A stretch of DNA of 64,000 bases from Felis catus (lineage: Eukaryota), in NCBI RefSeq assembly GCF_018350175.1, contig NC_058368.1, forward strand, positions 213,654,001-213,718,000. The letters are read 5' to 3'. Shown piece by piece: positions 22,435 to 35,227 of the stretch. Every line of letters begins with the position of its first letter. Within the stretch, counting starts at the first letter, position 1. Position numbers and translations under genes: made by a program. The notes under the pieces were generated by a model. The model worked only from the letters and a program-made list of their open reading frames with translations. It did no database searches and was not told the DNA's origin.

Positions 22435-24311
22435 CCTTCTCCCAGACAGAAACCTCTGGAACACTGACCTTCTCCAGGAAGTTTTCCTGATCATCAGGGA
22501 AATAAGATGACTTTTTCCAGTACAGCCCCCATCAAACTCATATCCAACAAGGAGGCTATGTGACAAGATTCTCTGGAAGGCTGTTGGAGGGGTTCTGGAC
22601 ATATTTAAAAGCTTACATTCTTAGGACGTTAAAGTCTATGTCCATTTGCCTTGATCAGCCCAGCTGCATATCCAGGAAGGCTCTCCATTCCAGGACTAAC
22701 AATGATGCCAAGAAGAGAAAGGGCCAATCAACAGCACAGAGAGATTCAGGCTTGGTCTTAGGACAATGCCCTTCCTAAGCCTGGGCCTCATTCCATCTTC
22801 CTCATGTAGCCTCACAGGGATCCATGTCCCTAATCATCCTACAGCTCTTAGCTGCTCCCCTTCCTTTGGTAAACTGTTGGAACTGACCTACTCTTAGGCC
22901 AAACCCAAAGCTATCTCCTACAGAGAAATATTTCTCCATGCTTCTGAGTGAGGAGACTTGGCCTCTCCTCGGCTTGCCCTTGAACACACAGCTTAGAGCA
23001 ATGATGCATCTTCCCCCAACGCCCGCATGGCCAGCGGCAGTAGGCACGTCTCCCCTGCGAGAGCTGGCAGCTATCCTGCCCCCACCAAATTCTGCACAGG
23101 GCCTGGCACACGATATGTTCCCACAACGAAAAGCTAATTGAAGTCCACTGCCAATTCTCCTTCTCCCCCAAAGAAAACTTTCACCTCCATCCTTTGTAAA
23201 TGCAGAAAAATGATCCTTTTCACTCTCTTCTCTGAATTTCACTTTCATCCAGAGAAAGTCAATATAAACTATGCCATCTAAGATGGAAAACATTTTCTAG
23301 CCTTCTCAGGAAGTGATTTAACAAGGAATAATAATAAATGGGAGAAGTGTCAGAAGCCATGTCAATAATACATGACCTTATTACTCAGTAACCATAAAGA
23401 AATTTCCAATATAGCAAGGTTTGAGCTTCCAAAGAACCTGAGTGCCAGCTATTAATTGGTTCCAAATAAATCAAAAGCTTAGCAAATATCATCTACATAA
23501 TCACATGCCTATTAAAAAAGAAACACAAGATCAAAGAAAAGATAATCCATAAATGTACAAAAACGGAATGTTCCCTTTGGCCAAAATAAGTAACACCTCT
23601 CACTGCAAAGTGACTCCACACAGACATATTAAAATCTTATGAATAAATCAAAACATTTTCCATCAGGCCTAGCAATCGTTATGAGTCTCCATTTCCTCAT
23701 CTGTAAAATGAGAAAGTTAAGCTAAGTGATCTCCAAGGTCTGTCAAACTCAACAGAGAGGTCCTCAAACACAGTGACAGTGTCTCATTCATCAGTGTCCT
23801 CCCTCCCCCAGCACAGTGCCTGTTACCGTGTAGACTCTCAATCATTTAGAACAATTTTTAAAATACCTTTTAAATTACAGTTTTAATGGTCAATGATTCA
23901 GGGACTTAGTCACAGTTCAAGTGGTCCTATACATATGAAAACAGAGTAAGTATCTTGGGCAAGATGCTCTTTAAGTCTGATTGAAGAAAAGCCTAGAGGA
24001 CCTTTTTTTTTTCCTGCTGTCAACTTGTATTCATTCAGTAAGAATCAGGCCTTGAACTTGGCACCAGGAATATATACCATCAATAAGGCAAATTCTTTGC
24101 CCTGAAGGAATTCGTAGTCCAGAGGAGAGATGCCTAAATACGTGGAAACCAGTGTGTAATAAGTCTAGGACAAGCCTCGTAACAGAATGGCAAAGGTACA
24201 ATCCTGGTAGCCATGTTCATGTAATATGAGCTCCCAGCCCCTGGTGATGGGTCCAGAGCTGGGATCTCATGCAAGCTGGACCAGTGTTTTTCCCTGAGAA
24301 CTGAGCACTGG

Positions 24312-24314
<3 letters not shown>

Positions 24315-24382
<68 letters not shown>
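24315..24382. repeat. Compound (TA)n(GA)n microsatellite
   Basis: Direct inspection. Confidence 0.97.
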
Positions 24383-24385
<3 letters not shown>

Positions 24386-25584
24386 TCCAGTCTTAAGTGT
24401 GTGAAGGTAACTGTAACTTTTGAACTAGGGGCCCTGGATGGCAATGTTCTACCTGCTGTGAACAAAGTAGCAAAGTAGCAAAGAAAGCCATCCTACCAAG
24501 AAATAAAATAAAATGGATCAGGAGAAGGCAGAGGTGTAAGACCAGCGAGAGAATACTCTGGTTTCCCCACAGCACTCATGGTCTTAGTTTCAGACACACT
24601 GGACACAGCTGCACTGCTACCTTCCTCTTCAATCCAAATGACTATATCAATCCTTACAATAAATTACATTTTATAATTTAACTACTTAAAAAAAAAAAAA
24701 GAAAGGTCAAGCAAAACTAAACTAAACAAACCCCTTTAAATGAAAATAAACTTTACCTTGAGTTGTTTCTGCACTTGGCAACTCAAAAGTTGCTGATATA
24801 TTGGAGGTGAGCAAAGCTGATTGGTTCAACATGGAGCAGGTGTCCCTCTGTAGTCTATCAGTGAAGGGCAAGGGGTTAGGGTCAAGAGATATCATCCTGG
24901 CTGCTGGAAGCCCACCCGCTGACTGTGAATGTTGTGGGGGCAGGGAAGGAGCTTTCATAAGAGGAAAAATTATTTGGGGATATTTAGTCTTATTTTGGTG
25001 TCCATGGGATATGAACAAGTTTTTGACTCCATACCTATAATTGGGAATTTCCCAGTAATCCTTCTAGCCCCGTATTCTGTCAATTCCTTTTCATGGGATC
25101 TTCTATAAATAAGGGGAATAGGAGCATTCCAGTCTACTACAATGATTTGAGATTGACTCAGGGCATAAGAAAAGATACACAAATTTGCAATACATGAAAT
25201 GGCTAGTTCTTTCACAACATCCAATGAAACATTCCGGGGAACAAAACATTGACCCAGAGAAGATACAGAACAACAGAAACCTGCAAATAGTTACAAATAC
25301 CAACCTCCCTCAGAGGTGGATCTGTCTAGAGGTCTTAATGCTTCTCATCTCGAAGATCAATTTCAGCAGCGAGCAGAATCTATGGACATGAAGGCCCACT
25401 GCACGTTCCAGTTCACTTTTTTTCTATCATATATAATTCTCTAATTAGAGTCCATCTCAAAGTAAACAGCCATGATAATTTAAATTAATTTTGACTAGCC
25501 TGAAGCTGACAGCCTTAGCATTCAAAATTCAAAATGAATGCTTCTTAACAGATTTTGATACTGTGTTTAGGATCTACCAACTTT

Positions 25585-25786
25585 GGGGCGCCTGGGTGGC
25601 TCAGTTGGTTAAGCGTCCAACTTCGGCTCGGGTCATGATCTCACAGTTTGTGAGTTCAAGCCTCGCATCAGGCTCTGTGCTGACAGCTGGAACCTGCTTC
25701 AGATTCTGTCTCCCTTTCTCTCTGCCCTCCCCACCCCCACCCCCCGTCTCTGTCTCTCTCAAAAATAAACAAACGCTTAAAAAAAA
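25585..25786 (+). mobile_element. CAN-SINE
   Basis: TSD atctaccaacttt. Confidence 0.95.
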
Positions 25787-25820
25787 TTCTGGAATCTACC
25801 AACTTTCTAAGATCCTCTTT

Positions 25821-26055
25821 CAGCGACATCATGCATCCACAGCGGGGCAATAACTGCCCCCACAAGGGGGTGAAAAGTAGTGCCGGGTTGAGGGGGCCAA
25901 GAAATCTTAGATATTATAATGGTTAGTACCTGCCTGCAAAGCTCAAAGCTATCTGGCAGAATTTACTCCTTAGTGTTTAATATTTTGAGTTATAATTTTT
26001 TTTCTCTAGGATGGGGAGAGGGAGACGATAATGAAAAAGATGGGTCAACACCAAA
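25821..26055. mobile_element. Non-autonomous hAT-Charlie remnant (Charlie4-like)
   Basis: aaggggtgaaaa...aaatcttagatattataatggtt...cgataatgaaaaag. Confidence 0.55.
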
Positions 26056-26367
26056 CTATATAAACCAATCATCCGCCTAAAGTCTCAGCCCAGAGTCACC
26101 TGAAATCCATAAGCTAAATCCTGAAACTGGCAGGATGCAGAAAAGGGTCCTCAGTTTTATCCAGACCTTGCTTCAAAGATTCATACTGGGCTGTCTTTAC
26201 TCACTCCCTCTTGCAATTGTCCTGAATTCTTGATGTCTTCCTATTCTGGAATCCGCTAAGTTCCAAGTTCCTTAGTCTTCTTTTCTTCTGGACTGGATTC
26301 CTCTTTTTACTTTTGGGAAAAGCTCACATTTTAAAAGTGAACCAATGTTGATTAAATATTTACTGTT

Positions 26368-26750
26368 CATTCAACAGATGTTCATTGAGTGCCTATGCCA
26401 TGCAGGGCCCTAAACAAAACAGACAACATTCCTACAAAGCCTCATGAAGCCTGTATTGTGATGGTGGCAAATTAGTAAACATAAAATACTATAATGTCAG
26501 ATGGGGATTGACATTATGAAGAGAATCAGAGCTTACTGAGTGATGGACGTATGAGCAGATTAAGAAAGGCCCTCTGAGAAGAGACCCAAATAAAGTGAGG
26601 GGTTGAGTGAGAGAATATCACCCGCCAAGGGCTGTTCTCTGCTAAGGAGACAGCAAGTGCAAAGACCCTGATGTGAGAGCCTGCTGGGCTCCCTGGGGAT
26701 AGGCGTGGGGGTAGATGTGGCTCCAAAAGAGGGAGTGAGGGGGAATTGGC
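26368..26750 (-). mobile_element. L2 LINE 3' remnant
   Basis: cattcaacagatgttcattgagtgcctatg...acagcaagtgcaaagaccctga. Confidence 0.75.
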
Positions 26751-28007
26751 CCCAGTGAGCTGGAGGCTTCCCCATTGTCTCATTCTCTGTAAAACAAGGG
26801 GGGTGACACCATTTTACCCACACTGGCTAATGGCTAATGTTTTCTGAGCATAACCACACTCAGACGTTCTTCTAAATGAGCACTTTCCATGGATTACCTT
26901 ACTTACTTGGAAAACAATACTGTGGGGATATATTGTTAGTATCTCCTTTTTAGAGACTCAGATAAATGACAAAATCAGACAGGCTAATTAAGGACCAGAG
27001 AGGCTAATCAGGACTAGAAACCAGATCCACTGGATTTGGTCATGTAGGCTAGCACTCTGCCCTGTAATCCCTGCCGCCAATGGGCCTCATATAACACACG
27101 AATAGGTACCTTGTGTCAGAAGCGGGTGGCTTTCTACCTAATATCCATTCTTTCGTCCTTTTCTTTGTGGGCATGATATATTCAACTAAATCCCAGCTTC
27201 TCTTGGAGGTATGGAGAAATTGTTACATGGCGTTTCTTTAAGAGATTCTTTAAGTATTCTTTAAGAGAAGAACAGAAATGAAAAAAATAAATCCCCATGT
27301 TATTTAATCATTGTTATTTGGATTTTTCAAAATCCAACTAATGAGCTGAATTAACTCCCCCCAAAATAACACACTGTGATACCCAGAAGTGTAGGAACTA
27401 GAAGTAATAGAATCTAAAACATAGAATTGGATGACAAAGGGAGGGAGGGGGGCAGATGCCAAGGACCCGGATATTTACAGACTGGAAAAGTGACCCTAGC
27501 CATTTAATGTAAAACATTTGGTTAAAGTGCCACCTGCTGTACCTTGGAAAGTCACTGATGTTTTCACTGAGGTTATGGTGTTAAATATGGTAGGAAACTT
27601 TTAGAATATGGGTAGATGATTTGACACTCTCAGCAAAGTCTAGAGCTCCTCAACTCAGCCAGCAAGTGAGATGGGAGGAAATGTCACTTTGTCAAGGAAC
27701 ATACTCGTGACATTGAGCCCGTACTCTACACTGCCAGAGAGGCTCAGATGCTGGACCCTTGTAGTGCTGAGATAACCTGCTTGATCAGAAGGGGGTGGGT
27801 GGTACCCTACCAGACAGAGGTTGTAAGTCTTGAGAAAGGTGTGATTACTCACTGGAAGCCACTGTTTCAACTGTTCCAGCAGTACACATTAAGTAGTATA
27901 TGTTAAGTTGAAATTTAGGGCGATGGACAGAACTCATACGCTAGAAATGAAAGAAAACAAATCATCAGGAATTGACCAAGAGCCTACTAAGTCGTGGGGG
28001 CATCATA

Positions 28008-28265
28008 CTGCCAAAACCCCAGCCCTGGTTTGGCTGGGATGGCTCAATCCCCACAGCAATCTCATAACTCCAAAACCCCAACCCTGGTTTGTAACAGCCT
28101 GGGATGGCTCAATCCCCACAGCAATCTCATAACTCCAAAACCCCAACCCTGGTTTGTAACAGCCTGGGATGGCTCAATCCCCACAGCAATCTCATAACTC
28201 CAAAACCCCAACCCTGGTTTGTAACAGCCTGGGATGGCTCAATCCCCACAGCAATCTCATAACTC
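28008..28265. repeat. 65-bp minisatellite: 3 identical units plus 1 diverged, shorter unit
   Basis: Unit ctccaaaaccccaaccctggtttgtaacagcctgggatggctcaatccccacagcaatctcataa at 28068, 28133, 28198. Confidence 0.98.
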
Positions 28266-28670
28266 TTGCTCTCCCTTCCCTGGGCAACTCACATCTACAA
28301 GAAGTAGGCAATGTGTACAGTCCCCAGAAAGGGTGTCCTTCCAAACCCACCACAGAAGTGGCCACGGAAGACAATGAATGAGGAATAACCTTCCAAAGAG
28401 AGGCCAGGGCCATGGAGGCAATGAACAGGAGTTCCTGTCATAAGAGGGAGGGTTTATACCCTTGCTAGTTTTGCTCATGAGGATTAGGTCATATGGACAG
28501 TGACTGCTGTGTTTTCCATGTCTCCTCTCATAAATGGAAGTTTTTATTGTAGTTATTCTATACCTTTTCCAGCATTGCACGTGAGTTGTATCAGGGCTTG
28601 GTCACAAGGAATTATATCCAGAAGTGATGGGAGGGACCACACATCACCCAGAGATCCAGGGCTCTAATCT

Positions 28671-28892
28671 TTTTTTTTTTTTTTTTTTTAACGTTTATTT
28701 ATTTTTGAGACAGACAGAGACAGAGCATGAACAGGGGAGGGGCAGAGAGAGAAGGAGACACAGAATCTGAAACAGGCTCCAGGCTCCGAGCTGTCAGCAC
28801 AGAGCCCGACTCGGGGCTCGAACTCATGGACCGTGAGATCATGACCTGAGCCGAAGTCAGACGCTTAACCAACCAAGCCACCCAGGCGCCCC
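28671..28892 (-). mobile_element. CAN-SINE (SINEC_Fc family)
   Basis: TSD cagggctctaatctt. Confidence 0.96.
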
Positions 28893-29172
28893 CAGGGCTC
28901 TAATCTTGATAGACTAACTGGATCAGGCTTAGGTGACACCTCCACTGGGAATGGGGAAACCATGCATGGAAAGAAGATTATGTCTGAGTAACCAAAAGAA
29001 ACTGGCTTGTTGCTTACATAATATTCATTCTCTCCTCTTTCTTACAAAAATCCATCTGTGTTTAGGGGCAAGTACCCAATCAAAAAACCTGTTTCTTAGT
29101 GCCCCTTCAGAGAGAGGTGGCCATAACATACAGTCCTGGCCTATGAAATAGTTTGGTGGAGTTACCAGAAAG

Positions 29173-29299
29173 TTTTTTTTTTTTTTTAAGTTTGTTTGTT
29201 TGTTCATTTATGTAATCTCTATACCCAATGTAGGGCTCAAACTGTTACCCCAAGATCAAGAGTTGCATGCTCTTCTGACTAAATCAGCCAGGCACCCCC
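29173..29299 (-). mobile_element. Short old-type CAN-SINE lacking CT tract
   Basis: tRNA-like body caagatcaagagttgcatgctc...cagccaggcacccc; TSD cagaaag. Confidence 0.85.
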
Positions 29300-29688
29300 A
29301 GAAAGGGTTTTTTTCCCCCCCATGGGCACTTTTTGTCTTTTTTCTTGCTGAAAATGCATATGTGATGGCTGGAGCTTTAGCAGCCATCTTGTGACCAACC
29401 ATAAGGCAAAGGCCTGACATCTATGAGCATCTGTACCAACCGTAGACATTCTACCTCCAGACTTCTTACTACATGAGAGAAAAACAGGCCCCTACCTTGT
29501 TTAAGCCTCGTTAATTAGAAAATCTGTTATAGGTGAACAAAATCCCCTAATGAATATATTGCTTTAATTCACTCTTTACCCTCAGATTCAAGATTGAGAA
29601 TATAACCCTCAGTGTTTCAACTTTAGCCTTGCTACTTTGTCAATTAGCAGCTATTATTAAGTTTCCACCTTTATTTGGGTCACCAAAA

Positions 29689-29704
29689 CAACAACAACAA
29701 CAAG

Positions 29705-29742
<38 letters not shown>
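29689..29742. repeat. (CAA)5 GAA (CAG)10 CAA CAG trinucleotide repeat
   Basis: Direct inspection. Confidence 0.97.
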
Positions 29743-31054
29743 GGCATATTTTGCCCTTAAAGAGCTAAAAGGATACATGAATTCATCCCATCATTTACTA
29801 GTACCATTGTGCAGCCCCAGGTGTTGCAGACAAACCCACAACTGATTGAGAAACATTGCAAATACAAATCCTTGTGATTCCTTTAGGATGGCTTATATTT
29901 TGTAAGAACAAGGTACCGGCTAATTTTTAACTACATGGCCACCTCTAGACGAGCTGAGTGGCTGTGCATATGAGACAGAAGAAGAATTTGGTCCAGCGTT
30001 TATTTCATGCAATAAGAATTAATTGTGTCAGGCACTATGCTAGCCTAGGGAAGAAATGATGAACAGCCCTGTGGAGGCTGTGGTCCACTGGACAAAGAGA
30101 TCATTAAATAAAGTATGTGAAGTGCCATGAAGTGGTACATTTGTGGGCACATGATGGATTCTGGAAAGTGAGGCTTTAAAGGTCTATGCTGGGGCCTTAG
30201 GGGATGAGAGAGGTGTTCCCATATAAATTATAGAAGATGAGGACTTAGAGGGGACCTCAGGGATTTCCACATCCAATCTTCAGTTTGAAAGAAGACAGAA
30301 ACAGACATAAAGACAAGATGAAGATCCTTTGGCTTCTGGGTCTCTTAACTCTTGAAGAGTAGGAAAAAAAGGAAAAATAAATGAAAGGAAAAAGAATGAC
30401 CCGACAGCTATTCTGAGAAGCTAATACTTAAAGATATTGCATGTCCTGAAACATGGACTATTTGCCCAAATAACAAAAGACAGGAATGATTAGAAATTGA
30501 AGAAATTCACAAAATATCATGCATGTTTTCCATCATGATAAGTGCAAGAAAACATTTGGGGACTAGAAAAACAAAATGAATACTACAAATTATTTCTGTT
30601 ACTTCTAAAATATATTTGCTGTGGCTTCAAAGACTGAAACAAGTTTGTACATCTGAAGTTTATGACTGTTTACTCAGAATGTCAAAATTTGGCCAGTTCT
30701 GGATTAATATTTCCTGAGTTTAGGTATCTCAATTCTAAAAGACCATGATGGTTGGGAAAAGAGGCTATTTCTGAGGTTACATACGTATCTGTGAAATGGC
30801 AATTCAATGTTTTGAAATAGATGCTATCTAACAAGTGGATAATAGACTGAGACAGAAACAACTTTTGTATTAGCAGCAAGATAATCATGAGTCACTGTGG
30901 TTGTCCATTTTAATGTGATCATTGTGTCCACTTTGTATGGACCGGGTACCCATGATGCCACCAATCTGTCCTCCATAACCCTATAGACCACGCCATCAAC
31001 ATAGAACATGCATTATAAGTTCTTCTTCAATTTTACTGAAGGTCCAAAAAAATT

Positions 31055-31285
31055 TTTTTAGTATAGTTGACACATGATGTTACATTCATTTCAGGTGTAC
31101 AACACAGTGATTCAGCATCTCTATACATTACGCTGTGCTCACTGCAAATGTAACACCATCTGTCACCCAACCCCATTACAATATTACTATTTTCCCTATG
31201 CTGTATCTTCCCTATGTATGTACTCCTGTCACTTATTCATCCCATAACTGGAAGCCTGTATCTCTCACTCCCATTTTGCCCCACT
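31055..31285 (-). mobile_element. Carnivore L1 3'UTR fragment
   Basis: tatagttgacaca..gttacatt..tttcaggtgtacaacacagtgattc. Confidence 0.8.
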
Positions 31286-31418
31286 TGAGTTATTATTTTT
31301 TTAATGGAGACTTTATAGTTGTTTCTTTCAGAACAATTGCACCGTTTAGCTGCGTCTAGTGTTTAGACTTTTGGGTAAATAATCTACTTACTATATATAT
31401 TTAAATTCTTAGCATGTA

Positions 31419-31642
31419 GGGGCGCCTGGGTGGCGCAGTCGGTTAAGCGTCCGACTTCAACCAGGTCACGATCTCGCGGTCCGTGAGTTCGAGCCCCGCG
31501 TCAGGCTCTGGGCTGATGGCTCGGAGCCTGGAGCCTGTTTCCAATTCTGTGTCTCCCTCTCTCTCTGCCCCTCCCCCGTTCATGCTCTGTCTCTCTCTGT
31601 CCCAAAAATAAATAAACGTTGAAAAAAAAATTAAAAAAAAAA
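31419..31642 (+). mobile_element. Young SINEC_Fc
   Basis: CpG-rich near-consensus copy; perfect 17-bp TSD taaattcttagcatgta. Confidence 0.98.
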
Positions 31643-34600
31643 TAAATTCTTAGCATGTAACTGTACAGGATCTGACTTCATCACTGAATATTTTTAATAG
31701 CCAGTAATATACTCTGCCATAGGTATAGCTATAGGTCCCCAGGCAAGTCATTTAGCATCTTTGAGCCTCAGTTTCCTTATTTGCCAAATGAGATGGTTCT
31801 ACTAAGTTTCTTTCTGGTTCTAGCATTTTCCTAGACTTTGGAGCTGAGTTAGCAAGCCAAAGAGGGAGTCACTAGCTTCATTTAGAAGCATATACACAAC
31901 ACATGGAAGTTTTAAACTGCACAAGAGATGGGCCAAATTGCTTTATCAGATTTTGAATATCTGCCAAGACAAAGGGAGGAAGGGGGGCCCTTGGGTGGTT
32001 TTACATTCGTGGCTTATAACCACAGTTCAGCTCTTCCAGAAGACAAGAAGAAATATATCCTACTGAATAAAAGCTCTTTGGAACAGCAGGAAAAAAAAAC
32101 AAGGTTTCAAAAAGGGGGAAGCAACTTGCCTCGGGGGTGGGGTACAATAGGAAATCCGGTGTTTCCAGTGAGGCACCACAGACTATCCAATTTGGCAAGG
32201 GCCTTAACTGTGTAGAGACCAGCCTCTGCTCCCTCCCTCCCAGACTGTATGCTGGAATCAGGGCTGGAGTGCCTGGTGCAGAGAGAGTATCCTCAGAGGA
32301 AGCCCAAAGATCATGGAGCACAGAGATTCAGCCCGTTTGCATCTCTGAGCATCCCCTTTACCCAGGCTTCGCTGAGGGAAAAAACTCAGGACAATGGTGA
32401 TGAGAAGCAAGTCAAAGTCATGGGAGTGAGAGAAAGAAGAATCCTCATTTGCCCTCTTCCAGGCAGGAGATCAGAATTAAGAAGGAAAGACTGAAGCCCT
32501 GTGACATACCAGTGCCCAATATTCTCTATGGACCCCATGTGCCATCTTGGCTGTTAAAAGGGGTGAGAGAGAAACGAAGTAGAGTGAGAAGAAGAGAAGA
32601 GATGGCAGAAACTTAGAGGAACTAGCTTGAAAATCATCCAGTGGAGGTTTCATTCCAATGGAGAGATCAGGAGAAATGAGGAGGTTGGACGCGTTGTCTC
32701 TTAAGATCCTGCTGTCGCTGTGTCTGTGTTAATGTGCAGGAACATGCACACAGGCAAAAGATGTGGCTGGGAAAGGCCACTCGTAGGCCAGGGAGATGCG
32801 ACAAGGTGACCCCGATCTTGGTCAAATTCCCTCACTCATGTCTTCAGGCTCCCAGGCTCAGAAACCTGACTTCCGTCTGCACATTGACAGAGTATCTGCC
32901 TGTCAAGTGTAAATATACAGTTACCAGCAAGAAAGCTCATTCATTAATTTTCAATTGGAAATACAATTATTAAGTGAGCAGGATGTTGGCATCGACCCGC
33001 TCACTGCCGGCTTTCCCTACAGACAGGATGCAGAGGAATGCAAGCTTCAGAACAAGGAGAACCAGGTGAGCACAGGAGGCTCCCCTAGCTGAAGCCCTCT
33101 CCACTCACTCTCCCACTCTAACCTGGGCTCTGCAAAGGAAAACTGTTCACTTAGCTAAGACTCCCTAACACTAGACAACATTTGAAAAGGTATTCCTAAC
33201 ATCTAGCTCCTGGAGGCTTTCTTTTCTGTTCTCTACATTCACTACCCCCCTCTATTCACACCCCTTTCTTCAAACTGCATACCATAACATCAGTAGTGTT
33301 GATTTCTGTTCTCTGAATTATGGTCATAATCACATTTGGGCCCATCTTCTCCAAGATCACTATGATTCAAGGTTTGAATTCTATGTTTTTACAGAAAATT
33401 TCTTCACTTGGGTGTTCCAGAGGCTGGCTATTCAACTGTGTATGATCTATGTACTGGTTTCGTGCTCCACATAGAAATCTGTCTGGTTTCTAAGTTCAGA
33501 GTTGTGGGGAAGGGGTCTCGCTACTGCCCCCGAGTACCTATGACACCTGACAGATTTAACAAAACTATAGAAGACCAAAGAGTGGTCACGTAGCGGCCAC
33601 CCTGCAGCATGGCTCTGATCTGCTCGGAATGGTGTGTGTGAGCTTGCAGGAGGTGAGGACAGGAGGTGAGGACAGGAAGTGAGGACAGGAGGGCCAGGAC
33701 TAAAGTCACAAAGGAAAAGCCAGGGGAGTCGATGTTCTCCTTACCACTCTTGACCTGGAGCCTTGCTGAGTAGCCTTATGCTGCTGAAATTCCAGAGAGC
33801 TCTACCATTTCCCAGAGCCCCATGGCCCTGTGGCAGCATCCTGGCTACACAGATGGGGGAACAGATTGAGAGGGGACCTGCGATTCAGTTGAGAGGCAGA
33901 GCACTAGGCATCCATGACGTCGCTCGGCAAACACTCATTTCGTCTTGGAAGCAGATTCTCGTCCATTAAGGCAAAGCCGCTTGCCAGGAAAATAGGAAAT
34001 TGGAATTTTTTAAAAAACACTTTTATAATTCTCTGTATTAGAGAAAATGGAGGCACCAGGGTGTGTCTCAATGGGGGGGGGGGGGGGAGTAGATAGTTGG
34101 GTCCATTGTGGATTTAAAGTTTTAGGACAAGAATCTAGTCTTTACACAGCTAGGCCTCCAGAGTAGGCACGGTGGACAATAGATGCTCCCAGGCACCCTG
34201 TTGACCTGGGAAATTACCAAGATTAGCAAAATGGCCATTACCTGCCACCCACCAAGTTCTGCTGAAGCATTTCCAACAGGCTTTAAGCACCCTGGTCAGA
34301 TGACTCCAGGTTCAGGATCATTCTCCCTGTGAAGCTGAGCATGTGCCAGGCCAACTCTAAAGGAATTCTGTAAAAATAACTGAAGACCTGTTCTCAACAT
34401 GAAATCGCAAGTCCCTTTGCCTGAGGAAGTGATTATAAACTTGGTCTACCTCCCCAGGAGGTACTCTTGCCCCCTGCCTGGTGGGGCCCCGTTGTAGCTC
34501 TGCTCTCTCCTGCCCTGTCTTGTCATTACCTTCCTTTCCCACTGTGCTCCAAGACTCTCCATTCCACCTTCCACCCAAGCCTTTCCCACGAGTCTCATGA

Positions 34601-35014
34601 CCAGAAAAGAAATGGAAAGGAAGATGCCTGTGCTTCTGGGGTTCCTGGGTTCTACAAGATAGACACTGGATTCCTTGGGCAGGAATCATTCATTCACTCC
34701 CTCCTTCATTCAACAAATATTTATTGAATGCAATAAATAAAGTGACATCCTCACCCTCAAGAACTGAAAAGCTGAAGCAGTCTTCCCAAGCTGGGATGAG
34801 CCTCAGAATCCCTGGAAGCCATTGTGGCATTCAGATATCTACATTTATAACAAGTGTTTCAAGTAACTCTGACCTAACAGAGCTTTTCTGATGAAACTGT
34901 TGGTTGGGTTGAATGAGAGGTGTTGGCTACTCCATGACTCAGAATGGAGACCATGGGAACAAAGTCAGCTCTAACATCCTAATGTTTCAGGAGACCCCTC
35001 ATTTCCTACCCATG

Positions 35015-35227
35015 TAGGGGTATTCAATTTAGCAAATAAGAATATATAGTGTCCAGTTAAATATGAGTTACAGATAAACAACGAGTAATGTTTTAGTATA
35101 TCTCAAATATTGTAGAATGTTTTAGTATATGTGCCATGCAATATTTGGGACATATTATTCTAAAATTTTATTGTTTACCTGATATTCAAATTTAACTAAG
35201 TGTCATATATTTTAGGTGGCAGCCCTA
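35015..35227. mobile_element. MER53-like palindromic hAT MITE
   Basis: atgtaggg...ccctacat terminal inverted repeat; internal arms agttaaatatga..cagataaacaa / ttgtttacctg..tcaaatttaact. Confidence 0.85.

Larger units (their letters stand above)
27112..29558 (+). mobile_element. MaLR relic with two MLT1J-like LTRs (~27112-27373, ~28981-29558) and internal region
   Basis: Both LTRs share tacctaatatccattct / tacataatattcattct and end in similar tttaa..../taa..aca termini; the second has gatggctggagct..agcagccatcttgtgacc. Confidence 0.65.

Noticed and set aside
22802..23293. 163-aa minus-strand ORF upstream of the PDZD2 exon
   Set aside because: No recognisable domain or convincing exon boundaries; length compatible with chance in GC-richer DNA.
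28008..28265. Regularly spaced repeats as a CRISPR array
   Set aside because: Head-to-tail identical units with no unique spacers, no cas genes, mammalian context.
29689..29742. Polyglutamine coding exon
   Set aside because: No surrounding long ORF or splice sites; Gln reading would be antisense to PDZD2.
31419..31500. tRNA-like sequences with A/B boxes (here and at other SINE heads)
   Set aside because: They continue into SINE body, CT tract, A tail and TSD, so they are CAN-SINEs rather than tRNA genes.
33650..33691. 13-bp tandem repeat aggaggtgaggac (about 3 copies)
   Set aside because: Real but an ordinary short tandem duplication.
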